From: Anaerohalosphaeraceae bacterium
Lineage (GTDB): Bacteria; Planctomycetota; Phycisphaerae; Sedimentisphaerales; Anaerohalosphaeraceae
Assembly: GCA_050309605.1 (NCBI GenBank)
Contig: JBNRMN010000067.1
Span: 64,001-128,000 of the forward strand
Reading direction: 5' to 3'
Length of the DNA stretch: 64,000 bases
Numbering within the stretch: the first letter of the stretch is position 1; the number at the start of each line of letters is the position of its first letter. The notes beneath the pieces are model-generated. The model was not told where the DNA came from. It searched no databases and saw only the letters and a list, made by a program, of their open reading frames with translations. The position numbers and the translations under genes are program-made. Shown piece after piece: positions 58,845-64,000 of this stretch.

Positions 58845-59945
58845 ATGAACAGAACCTTTAAGATTGGCTCGCTTATTATCTGCAGCATTTCTGCACATCT
58901 GATGGCGGACGGAAAAATGTTTTGGAAAGAAACTGTTCCGCCCACGATTCCCTACCAGCGAGCCTTGATCCTCCACCGGGACGGCGTCCAAACCCTTTTT
59001 TTGCAGAGCAAATACGAAATACCCGAACAGGTCAAAGTCGCTGCACTCGGCTGGGTCGTTCCCGTTCCGGCGGTGCCTGAAGTGGCCAGTCTGCCAGCAG
59101 AAAATGCACGTCAAATATTCTGGCGTTTAAGTTTCCGTTCACGACCGAGCATAATGTCCATCGGCGGCATCTTATTTTCTTTGTCTATTCTTGGGTTAGC
59201 CGGACTTCTTCTGATGGCGCTTGTTCTATGTGTATTTTCCAAATATATTCCGATTCACTGGACTCAGAGAAATAGGAAAAGGGTGCTTTTGTATGCGGTT
59301 GCTTTTCTCATCATTGTTGGCATACTGTCGGCAATAATGCCTGCTCTTTCAAAATCAGAGATTTCAGGAGTTGATGTGATTTCCGAGCATCGTATCGGTA
59401 TCTATGACGTTCGTGTAATTCAATCTGATGATGCCGGAGAATTGATTGCATGGCTAAACGTCAATAATTTCCAGTTCGATGACGCTGATCAATCCGTTTT
59501 TGATGATTATATCAACAAGGGCTGGTGTTTTGTCGTTGCTTATATCAATCCGTCAGCAGACCAGGAGCAATATGAGATCGTTTCGGAAGGATTGGCTGCA
59601 CCGCTGATTCTTCGCTTTCCAATCGAAACGCCAGTTTATCCGCTCGCCTTGACTGGAACGGGCGGCCATGACACTCAAGTTCTGATCTATATTATGAGCG
59701 ATCAAAAGATGATTTGCAAGAGTCAATTGACACTCCGATTTTCCGGGCAAATCAACAATGACTTTTTCCCAGACTATCTATTTGAAGGAGTCGAACCGAA
59801 AGGATTTTTTACAGAGAACGATTTGTCGTGTATGTATCTCTGCAAGTTCCGCGATACACTGAAGGCTGAGCAGATGCAGCAAGATATCTTCTTTGCACCG
59901 GCTCAGGACAATACCCCCTATCGTGAGCGTATTATCAAATGGTAA
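58845..59945 (+). CDS. DUF2330-like protein with internal two-TM insertion
   Basis: Signal peptide ending ADG; QRALI..RDG.QTL; WVVPVP; IGIYDVRVI...L.AWL; YINKGWCFVVA; PLILRF...VYPLALT. Confidence 0.65.
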   Translation: MNRTFKIGSLIICSISAHLMADGKMFWKETVPPTIPYQRALILHRDGVQTLFLQSKYEIPEQVKVAALGWVVPVPAVPEVASLPAENARQIFWRLSFRSRPSIMSIGGILFSLSILGLAGLLLMALVLCVFSKYIPIHWTQRNRKRVLLYAVAFLIIVGILSAIMPALSKSEISGVDVISEHRIGIYDVRVIQSDDAGELIAWLNVNNFQFDDADQSVFDDYINKGWCFVVAYINPSADQEQYEIVSEGLAAPLILRFPIETPVYPLALTGTGGHDTQVLIYIMSDQKMICKSQLTLRFSGQINNDFFPDYLFEGVEPKGFFTENDLSCMYLCKFRDTLKAEQMQQDIFFAPAQDNTPYRERIIKW

Positions 59946-59967
59946 ACCCAACAGAGAAAGGACACAA

Positions 59968-60216
59968 ATGATGGAGATAGACGCAATCCGAACGTTTTTT
60001 CTGTGGTGTACCATCCTCAACGCAGGCCTGCTGCTTGTTTCGGCGGCGGTTTGTGTCTGCGCCAAGGACTGGGTGTACGCCAGGCACAGCACATTCTTTC
60101 CGCTGACCCGAGAGGCCTTCGACACGGCAATCTACTATTTTATCGGCGCCATGAAAATTATCGTTCTGATGTTCAACCTTGTGCCGTATCTGGCCCTGCT
60201 GATTGCCGGATACTAA
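59968..60216 (+). CDS. Small two-TM membrane protein (DUF6868-like)
   Basis: FFLWCTILNAGLL...H...F...KIIVLMFNLVPYLAL; RBS AAAGGA. Confidence 0.7.
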   Translation: MMEIDAIRTFFLWCTILNAGLLLVSAAVCVCAKDWVYARHSTFFPLTREAFDTAIYYFIGAMKIIVLMFNLVPYLALLIAGY

Positions 60217-60236
60217 AAAGCACGCCGGACCGCGGC

Positions 60237-60479
60237 CTATAGCAATTTGCGAATGTCAGCATCGAGTTTCGGCAGATGGGTAAGAACAATATCCCAGACG
60301 ATTCGATTATCAATCGTACTGTAGCCGTGTATCAAGGTGTTGCGAAAAGCGATGATTTTGGCGTGGTCGTCGATTAGCTCAACGGTATCGGGGTCGTGGT
60401 AACTCAAGCGGTTGAGAGCTTCACCGATAATTTCAAATTTTCGCTTGACGGATATCTTCCGGTAATGTCCGGGTTTCAA
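60237..60479 (-). pseudogene. Truncated HepT/DUF86 HEPN toxin
   Basis: Only 80 aa. Retains [20 protein letters not shown] and VWDIV but lacks the usual N-terminal helices. Confidence 0.7.
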
Positions 60480-60784
60480 GCCGCATAAAGCAATTTTCGA
60501 TGTTGATGAATGGATTCGAGAAAATAAGGATTTTTGACCGCATCGGGCATCACCAGATCCACATTCCGCCCGAACAGGGATTGCAGGCCAAACAGCAGGC
60601 CGAAATAGTTGTTCGCCGCATGGCCGGTTTCAAGCGACTTGAACTCAACCAGAAAATCAAGGTCGCTGGTGTGTTCATCAAATTGCTCCGAAACAGCCGA
60701 GCCGAACAGCTCAAGTCGCCGAACGTCGTATTGCTGACATAACGCCTTCAGTGCATCACGCTGTTGTTCTATCAGTTCAATCAT
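60476..60784 (-). CDS. MntA-type nucleotidyltransferase antitoxin
   Basis: LELFGSA...[22 protein letters not shown]. Confidence 0.9.
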   Translation of the reverse strand: MIELIEQQRDALKALCQQYDVRRLELFGSAVSEQFDEHTSDLDFLVEFKSLETGHAANNYFGLLFGLQSLFGRNVDLVMPDAVKNPYFLESIHQHRKLLYAA

Positions 60785-60835
60785 AAGTATCAATTATAGT
60801 CCCTGTACCGTAGTCGTCAAGTCTTCGCGCCAAGG

Positions 60836-61438
60836 CTAAAAATTCGTGCGGCCGAGGATGGCGTCCTGCAGGATGGATGATGCGGCAAACTCGATGGCCG
60901 AGCCGGCCGGCAGCCCGCGCGCCAGCCGTGTCACCTTGACCTTCATATTGCGCAGCAGCGAGTGAATATACAGTGCCGTACCGTCGCCTTCGAGGTTGGG
61001 GTTGGTGGCCATCACCACCTCGCCGACGCCGCCGGCGCGAATGCGTTTGACCAGTGCGTCAATCGTCAAATCGTCCGGCTCAATCCCTTCCAGCGGGGCG
61101 ATATGCCCGTTGAGTACATGATAGACCCATTGGCACAGGCCGGTTTTTTCGAGGCTGATCACGTCCTTGGGCTGTTCCACGACGCAAATCACACTGTGGT
61201 CGCGGCGGCTGTCGGCGCAGATGCCGCACAACTCGGCCTCGGCCAGATTGAAGCAGACCCGACATTGACGAATGTTTTTTTTGACATCGCTGATCGCCTC
61301 CGCCAGCGCCATCGCCTCATTCGGTTCAGCTTTGAGGATATGAAACGCCAGCCGCTCAGCCGTCTTGGGGCCGATCCCCGGCAGCTTGCCGAACTGTTCA
61401 ATCAATTCATTCAGGCTTTGGGTATAGGCGGGATTCAT
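60836..61438 (-). CDS. recR: Recombination mediator RecR
   Basis: LPGIGPKTAERLAF, C4 zinc finger, ICVVEQP, ATNPNLEGDGTA, TRLARGLP. Confidence 0.97.
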   Translation of the reverse strand: MNPAYTQSLNELIEQFGKLPGIGPKTAERLAFHILKAEPNEAMALAEAISDVKKNIRQCRVCFNLAEAELCGICADSRRDHSVICVVEQPKDVISLEKTGLCQWVYHVLNGHIAPLEGIEPDDLTIDALVKRIRAGGVGEVVMATNPNLEGDGTALYIHSLLRNMKVKVTRLARGLPAGSAIEFAASSILQDAILGRTNF

Positions 61439-61441
61439 ACG

Positions 61442-63202
61442 CTACTCCGTTAATTCCTCAGGCTCCCGCGGCACATCCGGCACATCCGGCAGCTCAACCT
61501 TCTGAATATCAATCAGTCGGGCATTCAGCCCCAGCAGCACCATCTTGACCTGCGGATCGTTGAGCAGTTCGTTTCGCTCCTGCCGGCCGGGTCGAGCGGA
61601 GGTATCGGCCGGGGCGGGTGCGTCGGTGGCAGCACCGGCAGATAGCCCAGTACTTGTCGGGCTGAGCCGGCTTTCCGTTGACGCCGGACTGGTTGACGCC
61701 TCAAACGCGATGCGCATCGGCTGGCCGGCCATTGATGAGAGTATCTTTTCAATCGCCCCCTTGCGATTCTCACAGATGCTGCGGGTCATCGCGCCGGCGC
61801 CGTTGTTGGGAAATGCCAATTGCAGCGTTTGTTCATTGACCGCGACCGCTTGCGTCTGTGGCAGCATCGCAGCCAGCCCACCCCCCACGGATTGGCCGAT
61901 CTGCTCGGCCGTCTGCGGCCATTGCCGGCAAATCGCCTCAGCGTCCCTTGAGCCACGAACGGGCTGCACATCACGTGCCCTCTGCCCGGTGTCGCACGAA
62001 CGGTCGAACGGTCGGTCAGCCGAGGCGGTCAGGGATTTTTTTTTTACCTCCATCGCAGCGGCTGGGGTCTTGCGAATCTGCGCGGCCAGTTGATCCAGAC
62101 CGATGAAATGCTCGCTTAGCGCCAGTCGCAGCAGCGACGCCTCCAGCAGCGCCCGGCTGGTTTCGCTGTTCTTGAGCGTCCATTGCAGTTTTTCAAGAGC
62201 GGTGATACCGTAAACCAGTCCCGCAATGTCAAATTGCTCTGCCAGTTGAGCCAAATCCGTACGCTCCTCGTTCGTCAGTGTCAGCAGGGGACTGTCTTTG
62301 CCGGCGCACCGGAAAATCATCACCTCACGCATCACCTCGATCATCGCCTCGCAAATCTGGCTGGCGCTTTGACCGGTCAGCAGCATTTCGTTTAAGCGCT
62401 CCAGCACACCCGCGCCGTCGTGCTCGGCGATGGCCGTCAGCAAGTGCGTCAGTTTTTGTCGGTCGGGAATACCGAGCAGGTCGATCAATTGTCGGGCATC
62501 CAGCGGCGGCGTGCCGGCACTGATGAGCTGGTCCAACAGACTCAGCGCATCGCGCATCGACCCGTTGGCCAGCCGCGACAGGTGCACCAGCAAATCCGGC
62601 TCAAACGCAATACCCTCATCGCCGAGAACCTTGCTGATTTGTTGACTGATTACCTCCGGCGGGATATTGTGAAAATCAAACCGCTGACACCGCGACTGGA
62701 TCGTCGGCAGCACCTTGTTCGGCTCGGTTGTGGCGAAAATGAACTTGACGTGTTCCGGCGGCTCTTCAAGAATCTTCAGCAGGGCGTTGAAGGCCCCGGT
62801 ACTGAGCATATGGACTTCGTCGATGATATAAATCTTGAACCGGGCGCGGGCCGGTCGATAGGCCGCATTTTCCCGAAGCTGGCGGATGTTATCGACGCCG
62901 GTGTTGGACGCCCCGTCGATCTCGATGACGTCGATGTCATCGCCGGTGTTGATGTTGACGCAACTGTCGCATTTCAGGCATGGCTGGGCGGTCGGGCCGT
63001 CGGCGGCAAGACAATTGAGCGACTTGGCCAGAATTCGCGCCATCGTCGTCTTGCCGCAGCCCCGCGTTCCGCAGAACAAATACGCATGCGCCACCCGCCC
63101 CCCGGCAATCGCATTGCGCAGCGTTCGGGCCACCACGTCCTGCCCCAGCACGTCGTCAAACGTCTGCGAACGATACCTGCGTGCCAATACCGTATATGCC
63201 AT
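61442..63202 (-). CDS. dnaX: DNA polymerase III subunits gamma/tau
   Basis: YTVLARRYR, GTRGCGKTT, EIDGASN, IIDEVHMLS, SRCQ, GSMRDALSLLDQ. Confidence 0.97.
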   Translation of the reverse strand: MAYTVLARRYRSQTFDDVLGQDVVARTLRNAIAGGRVAHAYLFCGTRGCGKTTMARILAKSLNCLAADGPTAQPCLKCDSCVNINTGDDIDVIEIDGASNTGVDNIRQLRENAAYRPARARFKIYIIDEVHMLSTGAFNALLKILEEPPEHVKFIFATTEPNKVLPTIQSRCQRFDFHNIPPEVISQQISKVLGDEGIAFEPDLLVHLSRLANGSMRDALSLLDQLISAGTPPLDARQLIDLLGIPDRQKLTHLLTAIAEHDGAGVLERLNEMLLTGQSASQICEAMIEVMREVMIFRCAGKDSPLLTLTNEERTDLAQLAEQFDIAGLVYGITALEKLQWTLKNSETSRALLEASLLRLALSEHFIGLDQLAAQIRKTPAAAMEVKKKSLTASADRPFDRSCDTGQRARDVQPVRGSRDAEAICRQWPQTAEQIGQSVGGGLAAMLPQTQAVAVNEQTLQLAFPNNGAGAMTRSICENRKGAIEKILSSMAGQPMRIAFEASTSPASTESRLSPTSTGLSAGAATDAPAPADTSARPGRQERNELLNDPQVKMVLLGLNARLIDIQKVELPDVPDVPREPEELTE

Positions 63203-63284
63203 ATTGATTTCCTATTTCAAATTTTCTATTTCAAATGTTCAGAAACGAAAATAGAAAATTGGAAATTGACAACCTAAAAAAAGG

Positions 63285-63381
63285 TGGTCGGGTTTGCCAC
63301 GCACAGCACCGCGAATGCTTATGGCTGCTCGGTTCCCCGCCTGACCAGATTCGCACCGGGCACTTGCATGGGACCCGACCC
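63285..63381 (-). ncRNA. ffs: Signal recognition particle small RNA (4.5S)
   Basis: Minus strand GGTCGGG...TCAGGCGGGGAACCGAGCAGC...CCCGACC: complementary ends and an SRP helix-8 motif. Lies at the conserved position upstream of dnaX. Confidence 0.9.
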
Positions 63382-63602
63382 TGAAAAAGTTCAAACTGAT
63401 AAAAGATCCCATTCCCGCCGGATTTTGACGCGGATCTTTTATGCTCTCGTGTTCGTCCATCCTGATTGTAAAAACAGCAGTTTACACAAAAAACAGCGAT
63501 TTTCCACAAAAAACATTGCAGATCAACGATTTTTTGGATTATAATAACACTCGAATCGTGTTATGGCTAATATCAAGATCAAACCTCAAACGGAGTGGAC
63601 GC

Positions 63603-63785
63603 ATGAAGGTACGAATCGAAGACAGCTGCACCGCTTGCGGATTGTGTGTGGATACCTGCCCGGAAGTATTCGCAATGGGCGATTCCATCGCTGAGGTCAT
63701 TGTTGACGAAGTTCCCGCAGAATTGGAGGAAACCGTCCAGCAGGCCGCCGATGAGTGTCCGGTTGAGGCGATTGTCGTCGAGTAA
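63603..63785 (+). CDS. Monocluster ferredoxin
   Basis: CTACGLCVDTCPEVF...CPVEAI; RBS GGAG. Confidence 0.93.
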   Translation: MKVRIEDSCTACGLCVDTCPEVFAMGDSIAEVIVDEVPAELEETVQQAADECPVEAIVVE

Positions 63786-63812
63786 CCGTCTGGATATTGA
63801 CTCCCATCCGCA

Positions 63813-63846
63813 TCCGCCGGTCGGCTGACCGGCGGGGTGTTTCTTT
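63813..63846 (+). terminator. Probable terminator after the ferredoxin gene
   Basis: CCGCCGGTC-GGCT-GACCGGCGG followed by GGTGTTTCTTT. Confidence 0.55.
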
Positions 63847-63988
63847 CCTTTGCAGAGCGGCCTTTGCGTGGCTTTTAATCCCTCCGTTTGGCGGTTGTCC
63901 TTCAAAGGCAATGAGCCGATAAAAGGCGGAGCCGAGTACGTGCAGGGCGCACGGGACGAGGTTGTATTTCTCAGAATCAGGAGGTTTA

Positions 63989-64000
63989 ATGGATAAAATA
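63989..64000 (+). CDS. Start of a gene truncated by the window end
   Basis: AGGAGGT RBS then ATG GAT AAA ATA. Confidence 0.4.

Noticed and set aside
63896..63922. Perfect GCCGATAA sigma28 -10 element near the window end
   Set aside because: No TAAA-like -35 at the 15-nt spacing, and the downstream gene is not visible.
1..64000. CRISPR arrays, tRNA/rRNA genes, transposases, integrases, prophage genes
   Set aside because: I saw no regularly spaced repeats, cloverleafs or recombinase/transposase/phage motifs by eye; short or degenerate elements could have been missed.

Overview
GC-rich bacterial chromosome segment. It probably comes from Planctomycetota, Phycisphaerae/Sedimentisphaerales-like. 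This is an inference from the tpiA-secG-yicC-gmk-rpoZ-coaC order, the dockerin/GLUG secreted proteins, DUF1080 and the SpoIVB-S55 locus. The window holds about 60 genes. Housekeeping genes are pheA, tpiA, secG, gmk, rpoZ, rluD, fbaB, pyrE, arfB, csp, rpoN, recR, dnaX, SRP RNA and a ferredoxin. It also has a porin-pstSCAB-phoU operon with two 11-bp-periodic Pho-box-like arrays, several carbohydrate enzymes, two HEPN/MNT toxin-antitoxin loci (one damaged), an AT-rich restriction-type islet and a soluble HK/REC-HDOD/hybrid-kinase cluster. Two complete sigma28-promoter-fliC-hairpin-fliS-terminator units lie in tandem, with no other flagellar genes in the window. The most notable observations are: (1) an AT-rich secreted beta-helix/dockerin protein ending in a putative clan CD (caspase/gingipain-like) His-Cys domain, coupled to a small membrane protein; (2) a circularly permuted SpoIVB-type protease paired with a beta-propeller protein; (3) the duplicated flagellin-chaperone cassettes; (4) a dnaX A10 slippery site with early stops in both shifted frames; (5) a VHL-beta-like domain inside an S9 peptidase; (6) a protein with tandem active and dead transglutaminase-like domains. 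All family calls come from motif recognition by eye; no database searches were run.
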